DNA of 64,000 nucleotides from the human T2T-CHM13v2.0 reference genome, Homo sapiens, in the NCBI RefSeq assembly GCF_009914755.1, contig NC_060929.1; one strand, written 5' to 3'. The translations under genes were made by a program, and so were the position numbers. This document shows, piece after piece, positions 39,601 to 54,205 of the stretch. A model generated the notes under the pieces. That model saw only the letters and a program-made list of their open reading frames with translations, was not told the DNA's origin and ran no database searches. Numbering within the stretch: position 1 is the first letter of the stretch; each line of letters starts with the position of its first letter.

Positions 39601-42094
39601 ATTTCATGTCATAACCTCCACATTCCTTAAATGTAGTTATAAAATGTGTTAAACGGAAATGCTGATATAAGCCTAAATGTAGCTGTACTTGCTGTTTCTG
39701 CTGTAACTTCATTCATGGTAGTGGATTTAGTTAAAAGGCCCAGAACAGCCATGCTTAACAGTAAGGAAGCAAAATCCTCTTGGCTTCAATGAGGGTTAGG
39801 AGTATGTAAGAGCAGAATGAACACTAGATATTTGAGATAAATACCTTCTGTGGAAATGTACACATTTCATTGATGTCCTCTCTAATGTATAGAAAAATAT
39901 GCCACATTATGAATAAAGCCCCATTTGCTTTTTTTCCTATATTAAATGCTATCTTATATATCTTGAACACATGTAATATGCGGTAACATTTATGATAGTA
40001 ATAGCCGACACCAAATAAGAACTGTTAGTGATCCTTGGTGTCTATTTAATCATAATCAAGGACTACCTGGTAAGCATTAAGTGACAATAAAGGGTATTCT
40101 TGCTAAAATATTAGATGAATTGGTAATAGAGAAAATGGTCATTTAGACAGAAAAGTCAACAGAAAATAGCAGTAATTATATGTGCCTTGTACACGAGCAT
40201 ACTGTATTACATTCAATGTACCATTGTACAATGTGCTATTATGAAAAAAAAAAAGCATGGTACCTCTCTTTGGTGATACAGCTGCATTTGGAAGTTTCCC
40301 AGATCACAACATTTAGCTTTCACAAATGCTTTTTTGGTAGAATTTCCCCTCCCAGTTAAAAACTGGTTTTCATCACACAACTGGATAATTATTTTTCTGC
40401 AACTAACTGTAATTACTTGTTTTGTGCATCTCTACTAGAGTGATTCAGTGTTTGCTGTTCTACCTCATAAAATGTATCTGCATTAGAGGCATGTGAAAAG
40501 GAGTATTGACCTTATATAATATATTGCTATATTGGTAGGGGCACACAGCTCTAATTCTTTGTAAAGGGCACAAAAGTCTATATTGCTTTGAGTTTTCCTT
40601 TTTGAATGCTATGTGAGTTTTCTGACTAAAGCATAAAATTGGAGGTATCTGAAGACCAGAAACCTCACAACATGGAAATTACTTAGTACACAAAAAGACT
40701 TTCTCTCATATAGAGATACAATGCATAACTGAATAAAAAATGCTGTTGGAGGGATTTGTTGATAGTGGCATCATAGAAAACTCTGGAATCATTGATTGTG
40801 AGATTTGTCAAGCCAGAAAATCAGACACAGATTTTAAATCATTCAAGAATATCTAATCATTTTATGTCATTCACAAAGCTCTCCACAAATAAAAATGAAA
40901 ATTAAGCCCCTCCTGCCACAGTCTTCTTTTATCTACAACAGTCGTTCTCTTTCTGTCTTTTCCTTCCAACTCCTATTTGTCTATCGTTCTTTTTTCTTTC
41001 AAGTTCTCTTTAATCCTTGCTTTCCCATGTCCCTCCTTAGTCTTACTCACCAGTGATGCTGATAAAAATAAACAGTCTATTTAAAACAGATGAGTCAAAG
41101 CCAAAAAATAAATGACTGGTGTGTGCTTTATTATTATTTTTAAAGTAAAACTACACCTGTGACATTGTCTTAAAATTTTTTTTACAATTTTAAAAACAAA
41201 CTACAAAGAAAATGGAGGAGAACTGAAATACTGTTTAGTGTCTCGAATTTATTTGTAAATATACGTAATGTTAAATGCAGTGAGACTACTTTTGTGCTTA
41301 CTGATCCCAGGGTGCAGAAAGAATTAGCTTATCCAGGAAAACTCAAAGTCATAATTAGTCTTGTGAGTTATAATAATCGGGTCTCATCCTGCATTTCTTT
41401 CTCATGTGGTACTCCCAGTGGGAGTTCTGCATGAAAAAGGACTACGGGATTGGGCATTAATAATGGTATACCTGTGAAATATGAGCATTTTCCTACAGTG
41501 CCAATCAGTAAAATTAGAAATCTGCCCCATCTTGGTCTTATATCCTTCAGTTAAAAGAAGAACATCAATAGATTTTTTCAATTCCAAAAAAAAAAACACT
41601 CTTAGTTTTAAAAATGCCTCTCAAAATTAGAAAATAAAAATGAGTTTACCCCCTAACTATATCTTTTACACTTAGCTTAGTTATAAATATGACTGTAATT
41701 AATTTTTGTTTAAAAAATTAGTAACACCTCAGTTTTACATAGTTTCTTCAAACAAACAGAAACAAAAGATTAAGTAAGAAAAGAATCAATGAAACTCAGT
41801 GGAAAACTATCTTCATTCCCAAGGATCTCAGATAAACTTTCAATACTTTTTCCTAATTTGGCTATTCAGGTCTCTCAAACACTGTTGACTGACTAAGCTG
41901 ACCAATCCAGCCTAAATTAAAGGGGAAAAAAGTGCAATAGCTTGCAAACCCTAAGATGTTGACGTCTTGTGAAATAGAAATATTCCTTCGAAGAATTACA
42001 TAATGAGGAACTGCTAAGTAGGGTTAGAAAAATAGGCTAAATGGAATAATAGTTGTACACTCATCTAAAGCTCAATACTGCATAGCTTAATAAC

Positions 42095-42525
42095 CCTAAA
42101 AATTTAGACAATAGTCCATGGACAAGTGAATAGATAAACAAATCATAGTATAGTCCAACAATGAAATATTAACCAGCAATACAAAAGAATAAACCACTGA
42201 TACATTTTACAACATGGAAGAATCAACATAATTATTCTGAGTGAAAGGTGCTAGACAAAAATAAATACAAATCATTTATGTAACAGTCTAGGAAATTCAA
42301 ACTAACGTATAGGGACAAAAGCACATCAGCAGTTATCATTGGAGAGGGTTAGGAGGGAGGAATTACAAAGAGGCATGAGGAAACTTTGTGGGGGGTGATG
42401 GATGTGTTCATTATCTTGATTGTGATAATGGCTTCACAGGTGAATACGTAGAGATACATTTAAATTATATAGTTAAATATGAGCAGTTTGTTACATATCA
42501 ATTTTTACCTCAATAAAGCTGTTAA
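42095..42525 (+). mobile_element. Old L1 (L1ME/MB/MD-like) 3' end
   Basis: TGAATAGATAAACAAATCATAGTATA...TATCTTGATTGTGATAATGG...CCTCAATAAAGCTGTTAA. Confidence 0.8.
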
Positions 42526-42813
42526 GGCCCAGCATGGTGGCGCACATCCATAATCTCAGAATTTTGGGAAGCCAGGGTGGTAGAATTGCTTAAGGGCCAG
42601 AGTTTGGGACCAGCCTGGGCAACATAGCAAGACCCCATCTCGAAAAAAAAAAAAAAGCCAAGCATGGTGACACATGCCTGTAGTCCTACCTACTTAGGAG
42701 GCTAAGGCGGGAGGATCACTTGAGCCCAGGAGTCAAAGGTTACAGTGAGCCATGTTTGTGTCACTGCACTCCAGCCTGGGTGACAGAGTGAGACTTTGTT
42801 TCTAAAATAAGTA
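42526..42813 (+). mobile_element. Alu (AluJ-like) inserted at the L1 poly(A) signal
   Basis: 14-bp TSD AATAAAGCTGTTAA (42512-42525 / 42814-42827). Confidence 0.95.
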
Positions 42814-42952
42814 AATAAAGCTGTTAAATATAAATAGACCAGTTAAAATGGATATAGCAACCAATCAGAATGGATGCTAGCCAGTAACCAAAAACTTCAA
42901 ACCATAAGTTTGAGTTATCTGGGCATCTGGGACCATGCATAGTTGAGTGTAA

Positions 42953-43060
42953 AGTTAAGGGGTGCAGCACACCAACATGGCACATGTATACATATGTAAC
43001 AAACCTGCACGTTGTGCACATGTACCCTAAAACTTAAAGTATAATAATAATTAAAAAAAA
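42953..43060 (+). mobile_element. Severely 5'-truncated young L1PA 3' end
   Basis: GGGTGCAGCACACCAACATGGCACATGTATACATATGTAACAAACCTGCACGTTGTGCACATGTACCCTAAAACTTAAAGTATAAT followed by an A tail. Confidence 0.92.
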
Positions 43061-45146
43061 TTGTGGGATTCAGACTGCCCTCTTCAACCCCTCGTTGATG
43101 TTTATGAACTCTGTTTTAACTTAAAACTTTTTCCATTTTTTCCTGTTAAAAAAAGATACAGTCTTGAATGAGGTGAGCATCACGTTTTAGATTCTTTCTC
43201 TAGCAATGCTGCAAACTGTGTGACTTACGGCAAGCGACTAAACTACTGTCAGAATATGACTAGACAATTGTTCGAGGCAGAGGTAAATTGAAATATACCT
43301 TTTTCTAGAGAAAATAGAATCTCTCCACCAAGCATTTTGACTTTACAATTGTGTGTTTTATCACAACATCTCCAAAGATTTTTCTCTTCCCTTTCTTTAC
43401 CACCACATGTGTGACAAAAACGGAGTGGGGGTGTTCACTGGAAGATGTTGTTAGCCAAACAGAAATTCCCTGAATATATTTGCCTATGGTGGATATCACT
43501 ATGTAGGCTGATAAATTTCAATTTGTTTCAGCCAAAAATTTATTAAAATCCACAATAAGGTGCAAAAACATCTTATTGAGACTATTCTGAAATGAAGCAC
43601 TAATAACTGATTTACCTAACAAAGTGTCTTGTTTGGTGCAGAGCACATAACTGAGATAACTCCAGGTTGTTATTTTTATTGTTCTATTTTTTACTTACAA
43701 CTAAGTTTTTAGGTGCATAGCTTGAGCTACATCAGTCCCCATCTTAAGGGAAGAGAAAATAATTTGTAAGAACCTCAGGGACTAAGCTAAAAGTCAATAA
43801 ACATATGGGAAAAAAGACTGGAAGCAAATTGAATGTATGTGCAAATTGACATTTTACTAAAAGAACATGCTTAGAACTTTGGGTTTATTAAGCATATGTC
43901 AGTAAAATCGAAACCAAAATCTATTTAGCAAGTGGAATGTATTTGTGAATGCAGAAATACATGTATTTTACATTACCTGAAAAGCAAATTTTTCCATATT
44001 ATCATATTATGACTTAAACTTATCCTGATTTTAGAGATATAATATTTAAAATGTGTTGATGAAAACATTTTTATTTAGAGAATTAGGTGTATTTTGGTTT
44101 TGTAAAATGTTTGTCTTTTTGTCAGGGTCAGTCCTCATACCTCATAGTTAGGTTTCTAAATATAAGATTTGCAATAAGAAAAATGTATCATTGACCTTGG
44201 ACGTGAACTTCTAACTGGTCTTATGTTGATGTGTAACTAATTCCTGCATGTTAAACCTTTATACAGTAGGTATGGTTATACTCTTTGTTTTGAATGTTTT
44301 ATCAAAGTGGAAAAAAATGAGAAAAATTCAACTTCTTTTACTTTTCCTTTGTACTTTGCTCATGTCTTCTGTTTTCCTTTTTAGTGTGTTCTTTCCTCTC
44401 ACCTTCCTTCACTCCTGTCACTTCATTATTTAGCTAATGATTTTTTTTCTTCTATTAATGTTGGTCAGTGACCCAGACATTGTCTTCATTCTGAAGTGAA
44501 ATTGATTTAGGCAAGTCCCCTCAAGTATTTCTTGACTATGCTTAGGATTAAAGAGCTCTTCAGATACATGAACTATTTCCTTTTGTTCAGTATCTGTGAT
44601 ATTGTTTTCTTTTGTTTAATCTCTTTGCTCAGGATTTTAGTTTTAACTAGAACCAGTTCAGTGACTAAGGAATTCAAAAAACTTTTAAGAGATTCCACCA
44701 CTGCCACCCCACCTGATTTCTGATGTTCCATATAATCTAATGAAATAAGTACGCCTCCTTTCCCTTCAGACTATGTGAGAAGGGATCCAAAACCAAGCAG
44801 TCTGGAAGCCATTACACAGAGAGTTTGCCCTGTGCTTGGCTTCCCGGAACTGGGGACTCTTGCTAGAAAAACTCAAAAGGGCCTTTTGGTATTGAGATGA
44901 AGATTTCTGTCCAGGCTGATTTCTTTTCTTGGTGGAATCAACTCTCGCTGCTCAGCTGTGACTTCCTGTTCCTGAGATGCTCAGCTCAATTAACTTCTCA
45001 TCCCTCCCCGGCTCCTAATCTGAGGGGAGATATAAATCAGCATCGTATTTATTATATGTTATGGCCACATTCTAGATGTCTGTATTTCTTATTAGTATAT
45101 CATTGACAAAAATCTGCCCTACTCAACTCACTGTATTCTCTTTCAG

Positions 45147-45268
45147 ATCCAATGTGATAATTTATGTGAAATCTTTCTGCAAACTATACAGTATGATAAA
45201 AATATAAGGTAGTTTCACTGGAAACAACAGAAGACTAGAAGCTGATGTGACGTGGCAATATCAACCAG
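45147..45268 (+). ncRNA. Candidate 122-nt internal lncRNA exon, partly MIR-derived (possibly TMEM161B-DT/AS1; recalled, unverified)
   Basis: Branch-like CTCAC, then TATTCTCTTTCAG| acceptor and CAG|GTACAT donor; the 5' half resembles a MIR 3' end. Confidence 0.45.
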
Positions 45269-45623
45269 GTACATATTTGTTGATTCAGGCCCTTCATACT
45301 TTTATTAGATCCTGACATCACCTTGTTTGTGCAAATACACTTTTTTTTTTTTTTTTTTTTTAGCTCAGAGAATCAGATCATTAGGTAGCATCAGTGAGTT
45401 GCTCCTTGTGGCATTTTACCATGTTAATATGGAGGTGATGTTGGGATAATTGTCAGCACCGAACCATTTGGACGTAGAGAATATTATAATTTTAAAAATC
45501 TTGTCTTCTCAGAAGAAATGTGAAAAAAGTATCTATGGTCAAGACATTTAGATGATACCTTGAACAGGTTTTATCCTCTACTACATTTCCACATACCCAC
45601 TCTCCCCAAAACCTAGACTTTCT

Positions 45624-46235
45624 GGCTAGGTGCAATTGCCCTTGCCTGTAATTCCAGCAATTTGGGAGGCTGAGGTAGAAGGATTGCTTGAGGATAGGGA
45701 TCGGAGACCAGCCTGGGCAACAGAGAGATACCCTGTCTCTACAAAAAAATTAAAAAATTAATTGGCTGGGCGCAGTGGCTCACACCTGTAATCCTAGCAC
45801 TTTGGGAGGCTGAGGCGGGTGGATCACCTGAGGTCAGGGGTTTGAGACCAGCCTGACCAACATGAAGAAACCCTGTCTCTGCTAAAAATACAAGATTAGC
45901 TGGGCATGGTGGCACATGCCTGTAATCCCAGCTACTCAAGAGGCTGAGGCAGGAGAATTGCTTGAACCCAGGAGGCGGAGGTTGCAGTTAGCCGAGATTT
46001 CGCCATTGCACTCCAGCCTCGGTAACAAGAGCAAAACTCTGTCTCAAAAAAAAAAAAAAAAAAATTATCTGGGTGTGGTGGCATACCTGTAGTCCCAGCT
46101 ACTTAGGGGGCTGAGGCAGGAAGATCCCTTGAGCTCAGGAGTTCAAGGCTGCAGTAAGCTATCATCATGCCACTGCTTTCCAGCCTGGGTGGCAGAATGA
46201 GACCCTGTCTCAGAAAAAAAAAAAAACAAACAAAC
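45624..46235 (+). mobile_element. AluJ-like element with a nested same-strand AluS (45764-46064) in its middle A-rich linker
   Basis: Left monomer, complete inner Alu, right monomer; AAAAAATTA flanks the inner copy. Confidence 0.92.
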
Positions 46236-46454
46236 TTTTCTTTTTCTCTCATGATCCATTAACATAAAGTCACTTTCTATTTCACTATTATAAATACTTA
46301 CAAATAGAATGAATTTATTAATTAATAGCTATCATAATCATTATTAATTACTCTTAACTGTACAGCATTTCATATAATCTGTTCCATAATTCTTGCATAT
46401 CTTTATGTTTATTTTGCCCGTATCAGATTAAATTTCTTAAAACTGAAAAAAGCA

Positions 46455-46796
<342 letters not shown>

Positions 46797-48044
46797 ATTG
46801 AAAAAAACAGAATACAATCTTCATATTCTATTGTGTACATTTCTTGTATTTATCAACTAAGCAAGGGATGTGGTGACCTGACATTTTTATCTATACAAGT
46901 TTGTAACATTTGGATAGGCAAAGAACAATTTTATCTACTTTCATTAACATTTTCACCAAAAATTAAGAGAAGGTAGTTTTCAAAGCCTAAGAATTATTTG
47001 CAAGAACTTGATATTGATTGGAAAACAAAACATTATTTTATTATTATTTTATTTTTTATTTTTGTGGATACCTAGTAGGTATATATATCTCAAAACATTA
47101 TTTTAATTTATGCCTAAAGAAACTTATTGTTCAGAATCTACCAATTTCCATGTATTTACTTTAGCTAAAATGACATCCTTTGCTATACGCATTATTTATC
47201 TGTAACTAATTATTTTTACAGACTGTTTACTACCTAAAGAACAACGTATCATGTCAACACTTTGTCTAATACAATGGCAAGCAGCAAGAACAAATTGTAC
47301 AAAATCCTGTTTCAAAATAAGCAAAATTATGCTAAGGGGGAGACCAATGTAGCCTAAGCAGATATCAAAGCAGAAACAGAGAGTTATATATGAGATAAAG
47401 GCAAAGTTCTTTGCCTTAAGATCTCCTAGAATGAAGTTGAGGTAGAGGCGCTGAAATTGACATATAATTAGACATATATTTTATCTTTTTCCAGAATAGT
47501 TTACTGAATTATTCCCTCCTATTGACCACTTGTGACTCAATACAGTCATCTCTAACTGTGGATACAGTTAAAATATTTTACCCCACTTCTTAAGACCATG
47601 TATCTCAAGGAAGATGCTACATGACATCTTTCAAGATGCCATTGTATAAGAACCTGCAAGTGTACACCTGGTTTATTAAAAATGGTCTGGATAAAAATAA
47701 GATATTCTGCAGAATCCTATAAATCCCTCTACTGCTGCTCCCTGGTTTCTGTCTGTAATTCTGGTTGGTTTCAGTAGTTGCTGATCCTTGGTTCTTGTCC
47801 TTGCCTTAGAATTTGGCTTTTTCCTTATGACACTCGGTAGTCACATTTAGCTGCCTTTTATATCCCACCTGAACTAAGGTCCCCTGGCTCTTTGGTAGTA
47901 CTCTCATTGCCTTCTTCCTGCAGTCTTGTTGTACCTAGTTCCACATTGTGCATTGTCTGACAGCTGTGTCAGGTGTCTTATCTATTTTAGCATACATGAT
48001 TGGTCAGTTCAGGAAAATAAGCACTTTATTTTTATACTTAGCTG

Positions 48045-48645
48045 ACCACCTGGGAGGCCAATTAGGAAACTGCTGCATAAAGTAGTCAAAGACTGTGAGA
48101 TTCAGAACTAAGGTGGTAGCAGCGAGGATGGAGAAATAAAAGGTTTAAGAGCTGTTAAAGACAAAATATCAACAGATTTGTTGACTGGTTGGGTAAAGGA
48201 GCAAAGGACAGGGAAATTCACGGATCATGCTTTATTTCTGGCTCAAAATATTGAGGTGATATGAAGCCATTTATTGAAGTGGTGAACAGAGGAGGAAAAG
48301 CAGATTTGGGATGAGGAAGATGTGATGAATTCAGTCACATAATTGAATCATAGGTGTGTCTGTAAGACATCTAAGTTGTGATGCCTGGTGTTTAGTTGAA
48401 TATTGCATCTGCAGATCAGGCAAGAATTTTGGCTTGGGATAAACATTTGAGAATAGAGTATTTCTAAAAGGACCTAATGGTTAAAAGTGTTAAAGAAAGT
48501 CAAGGAATCACATACAATAAGGAATAAAACCTATTGGATTCACCACAAGAGGCTATTGATGAATATGGCAAATGGAGTTTTAGTGATATGGTGGGGGCAG
48601 AAGCTAGAATTCAGTGGATGGAGAAATAAATTGGAAAGTAAGGGA
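48045..48645 (-). mobile_element. L2 LINE fragment
   Basis: GGAGGCCAATTAGGAAACTGCTGCA...GAACTAAGGTGGTAGCAG...GGATGGAGA pattern. Confidence 0.65.
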
Positions 48646-49604
48646 ACAAAATGTCCTACCTTACGATAACAAGCAGATTTTTATCTCCTGTCAGAGTTAA
48701 GAGCCAGAATTACTTACATATTTTCTAAAAAATTTAAAATGAGAGATCTTCTACCTCTCTTCCACATCTATTCTCTATTTTTCCTGTCGAAGTATGTCTG
48801 CTGGTGTTTATTTTAAAGAAAAAACCTATACAAAATGTTTAGCACAAAGCTTTACATAAGTGCTCAAATAATGTAACTATAGCCATTTCTAATTATCTAA
48901 ATCTAATCCACTCCTGAAAACATGTGAGAAGGCAAATTTTTGTGTAACAGAAGCAAATAATTTATATTGTAAATGGGAAAAATAATAATGCATTCTTAGT
49001 ACATGCAAAAACCCAATTTCTCCAATAATCAATAAAACTCTCTTAAACATTTATTTAATAATCTACTAAGAATTTATGTATTATAAAAAGCACCTAATAC
49101 TTGATTATTTAACATTTAATGAACACATTATTGGATACATTTGTGTAAATTATAGACAGCTTCAGATATTAACTGCATTTTCCACCTACACTGCAATTAG
49201 AACATGTGTTCTAGTATAGACAAACAAGAAGATAATATAATATGTAAAAAATACATATTGATGTAATTTACATAACAATAAAAGAGGACTTTTTAAAAAA
49301 ATTGTTACTTTCCTGAGGATTAATGGTGAAGGAGATCTTTTCATTTAATAATACGTGCCACCTTTAAAGAAGGAAAACATGAAGCACCACCCTATCCAGA
49401 TGATTTTTGAAAAATGAATGCAATGTGTTCAGCATTCTCTTGTACAACTCTCTGGAAATTACATGGAGAATCCTTATAACAGATTTAGATTCAAATGCTA
49501 AATTTGGGATAAATGTTCTAAAAAGTCCATAGTACTATAATGTGCACCTATAGTGTAATATGAGAGTGCAGTTGTTATGGGATATGGGCAAAAACATAGC
49601 AGAG

Positions 49605-49793
49605 GAGTGGTTCTAAATTGGGGATGATTTTGCCCCCTGCCCTGGGAGAGTGGGCAATGTTTGGGGACATTTTTGGTTGTCACAAAATAGAGGTCAGGGA
49701 TGCTGCTGAACATCCTACAATGCACAGGACAGTCCCTCACAACAAAGAGTAATGCTGCCCAAATATTGATAGTCCTGAGGCTCACAAACTCTG
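49605..49793 (+). mobile_element. MER20 hAT-Charlie DNA transposon
   Basis: AGTGGTTCT...GATTTTGCCCCC...GACATTTTTGGTTGTCAC...GGATGCTGCTGAACATCCTACAATGCACAGGACAG. Confidence 0.9.
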
Positions 49794-49991
49794 AAAGAGA
49801 ATAACGTTCAAAGCCATTTTCTGTGTAGAGAACAATGATGAAGTAAATTTGTATACAGGACAGGGCCAAGCTAGGGCCTTTAGGATATTCAGAACTGATG
49901 TTGGAGAAATAAAGTGTTGGATGGAGGTGCAGTTGGTTACAATTTCATGCAGAGTCCTGAATGTAACATGAAGAGTTTAGATTGAAGGCTT

Positions 49992-50374
<383 letters not shown>

Positions 50375-50416
50375 TAGGCCACTTGAATATGTTCGGGAGA
50401 AGAGACACTGGCATCA

Positions 50417-50818
<402 letters not shown>

Positions 50819-51069
50819 TCAGAGAAAACCTCAATTGGAATAAGGAACAGATTGAATATTGCAAAATCAAGGGTTGGAATAAATCTATATTATTAACATA
50901 GGGAAATACGCTACAGTGGAACTTTTCATGAACAGTATAATAAATACAAGAAAGGGAGCTGGTTTTGGTGGGGAAAACGAGAAAAAATATATTACATTCA
51001 GTTTTTACCTTGTTACACATCAGGTATGGATGAGACATCCAAGTGCATGAAATAATGTTAATTAGTACA

Positions 51070-51320
51070 GGAGTTTTTCAACTGACTTGTAATCTGAGCA
51101 CTAACTCTGCACAATGTGTCATACATTTTTTACATGCAATCTCCCTTAAATTTCAAGGAATTACTTGGAATTACAAGGAGAATGATCTTACTACTCCCAT
51201 TTTATTGATAAGAAGACTGAGGCTTAGCAAGGTTAAATGACCAAGGTCCTACAACTACCAAAGCAGTGAACTAGACTTTAACCCAGTGTCTTCTAGCTCT
51301 AAGTCCTGGGCTTTTTACTA
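51070..51320 (-). mobile_element. MIR
   Basis: CCCATTTTATTGATAAGAAGACTGAGGCTTAGCAAGGTTAAATGACCAAGGTC. Confidence 0.75.
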
Positions 51321-51884
51321 AAATAATTTTCTTTCAGTAGTCATGTCTGTTTCAGTTACTTTCACACAGTCTCCTACAACCACATCTTTATTGATTTTAT
51401 TACGTCACTTCCTCTAGCCGTACACTCTCATACACACACACACTTTTTAAATACCTTTTTTTGTTCTTTGAAAAGCAATACTTGTTAATGTAGAAATTTG
51501 GAAAACACAAAAAAGCACAAAAGAATAAAAATCATCATTAATTCTACCACATAGAAATAGCTACTAATAAATATCTCTTAGGTCATGATATAAATTTTTA
51601 CCATTTTTCTTTTTCTTTTTTTCTCTATTGATGGTTTTCTTGATATACGGTGATATTTCCAAAGTAAATCATGAGGAATTAGAAAGAGGATATTAAGGAA
51701 AAGCATGGTACACAAGCTAGAGAATTAGCTCTCAAATCCATAAAGAAGAAACTTGGGTGGGGGTGGGGAGAGAGAATGGGGAGAGGGTAATTTCTAGAAT
51801 CTCTTTTTGCCCAAGGATCACTAGGAACTTAATAAATCTTAGTTCATTTGTCATCTCTATGCTCAGCTAATGACAAGATTAAAT

Positions 51885-52100
51885 TGAAGCTACACTTTAC
51901 TGAGTGCTTATCATTTGCCAGGCGCAGTACTAAGAGCTTTACTCACATTATCTCATTTTATCCCTGCAGCATATTTCCAACTTAGAGAAGAAGAAACTTA
52001 GGCTTAAAGAGGTTTTTAAGAACATACCCAAGTTCCACATCTAGTAAGTGGGGAAGTGAGGATTCAGAAACAAATTTGTGTGGCTACGGAGGCAGTATTA
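51885..52100 (-). mobile_element. MIR
   Basis: TTTACTGAGTGCTTATCATTTGCCAGGC...GAAACTTAGGCTTAAAGAGG...CTAGTAAGTGG. Confidence 0.75.
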
Positions 52101-52569
52101 TTCTTTGCTATGCTGCCTCCTCTTGATGAAGAAATCAGGTGTGAAGTATATAATTCAGGAAAGTCAGTCAGAGAAGAGCTGAAAGAGATCTTGGGATCTC
52201 TGGTACAGAACACATTCTCATGGTTTTTAGCCTCAGACTCTCTTTTCTGTTCTTTTGTAGGAGTGGGTGGACATTTGGCATCCAGGATGTGGTTCCAAGC
52301 TTGAGCCATGGGATGGTTTTTATCTATCTTCATCAGAAGGGAGTATGCTAAAGAACACATATGAGATTACTGTGTGTCTGACACACAGTAGGCCCTTAAT
52401 ATTAGTTTGCTGAATGCACAAAGGGAGGGAACTTCACCAAACTGAAGATCATTTCTCAGGAGTAACTTTAATAACAAGCTGAGGCACAAAATCCCACTAA
52501 AGTTTACCAGCTACCTATTTAGAATGGCTGAATTTTAACAGATGTTGACTGACTCTCTTAGGAACTTAA

Positions 52570-52900
<331 letters not shown>

Positions 52901-53242
52901 TACATTTCTTAAAGTCAGAATACTGCTCTTGAAAAAAAAAAAAAAAGAAAAGAATATTACAATAACATTGTGTGATTAGAAGTTATCACATTTTGGCTGA
53001 AATTTAAAATAAATAAAGATCTTTTGTTTTTGAAAAAAATATTTGGGAAACATAGTCTTTGGTTTTCAGTTTTGCACTGTTGATGGAGTTGTTATGGAAA
53101 AGTAAAGACTTTAAGTGAATAAAGTTTGGGTGCCTTTTTTCAGCTAGTCCTCCAGCTTGGGAATATTCCACCTGTCTGTGGAAACATGCCCTTCCTGTGA
53201 AGCTTGATGTCAGCCATTGATTTTACGTGAAGGCCTGTATTA

Positions 53243-53540
53243 AGCTGGGTGCAGTGGCTTGTGCTTGTAACCCCAGCTACTCGGGAGGCTAAGGTGGAAA
53301 CATCACTTGAAGCCAGGAGTTTGAGACCAGCCTAGGCAACATAGTAAAACATTGTCTCTGCAAAAAATGTTTAAGGATTAGCCAGGTGTGGTGGCATGTG
53401 GGGACTGAGGCAGGAGGATTCCTTGAGCCTAGGAGTTTGAGGCTGCAGCAAAATATGATCACTCCACTACACTCTGGCCTGGGAGACAGAGCGAGAACTT
53501 GTCTCTTTAAAAAACAAAACAAAAGAAAATTAACAAAATA
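53243..53540 (+). mobile_element. Alu (AluJ-like) with a small internal deletion
   Basis: TSD TGAAGGCCT(G/C)TATT; the right monomer lacks the CCTGTAGTCCCAGCTACT segment. Confidence 0.9.
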
Positions 53541-54024
53541 TGAAGGCCTCTATTGGCCTAGTCACTCAAACGTATTTTTATACATAATTGTTGGGCAGAT
53601 AGCCTGCATTTATTTTAATGATAAATGTATCAGTGCTACTGTTCCCTGAGGACTTCACATAAAGGAAGATATTTATCTCTGGAATTTTAGCCACATTACA
53701 ATGAAAATAAAATGCAATTAACAAAATATTAATGCAAGTGTATTTGAAGATCAACTGCCTAATGGTTAGGTCTATATTATTCTCTAACTTCCTGAAAGTC
53801 AATACATAGCAGAGGCAATGAGTTAACCAGCCAATCAAAATCACAATATCTATCTACTTGTGAGTCTATTATTAATTCTTTAATAAAATGCATGGCTGGA
53901 TGAGAGTTCATGCTTCCTGGTCTTTTAAAAACTTTTAGTCAGACTGAGTTGCTACTCTGAAGTCTGAGATTATTTAACATTATTTTTTAACACTAGACGA
54001 CTACTGTAACACTATAGGAAGTAG

Positions 54025-54205
54025 ACAGAATCATGGAACGTTAGAGCAACAAATGACTATCTAGGTCCCTTCTCGCCTTTTCCCTTAGAGATGGGAATAC
54101 TGAAGACCAGTAAATACAGGAGAGTTGCTCAGTGTCACACAGTTAGTGGTAGAGCTGGGCCTGGAGCCCAGGGCTCCTGATTCCCAGGCCACTGCTCTCC
54201 ACAAC
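54025..54205 (-). mobile_element. MIR (MIR3-like)
   Basis: AGAATCATGGAACGTTAGAGC...GTCACACAGTTAGTGGTAGAGCTGGGCCTGGAGCCCAGG. Confidence 0.75.
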
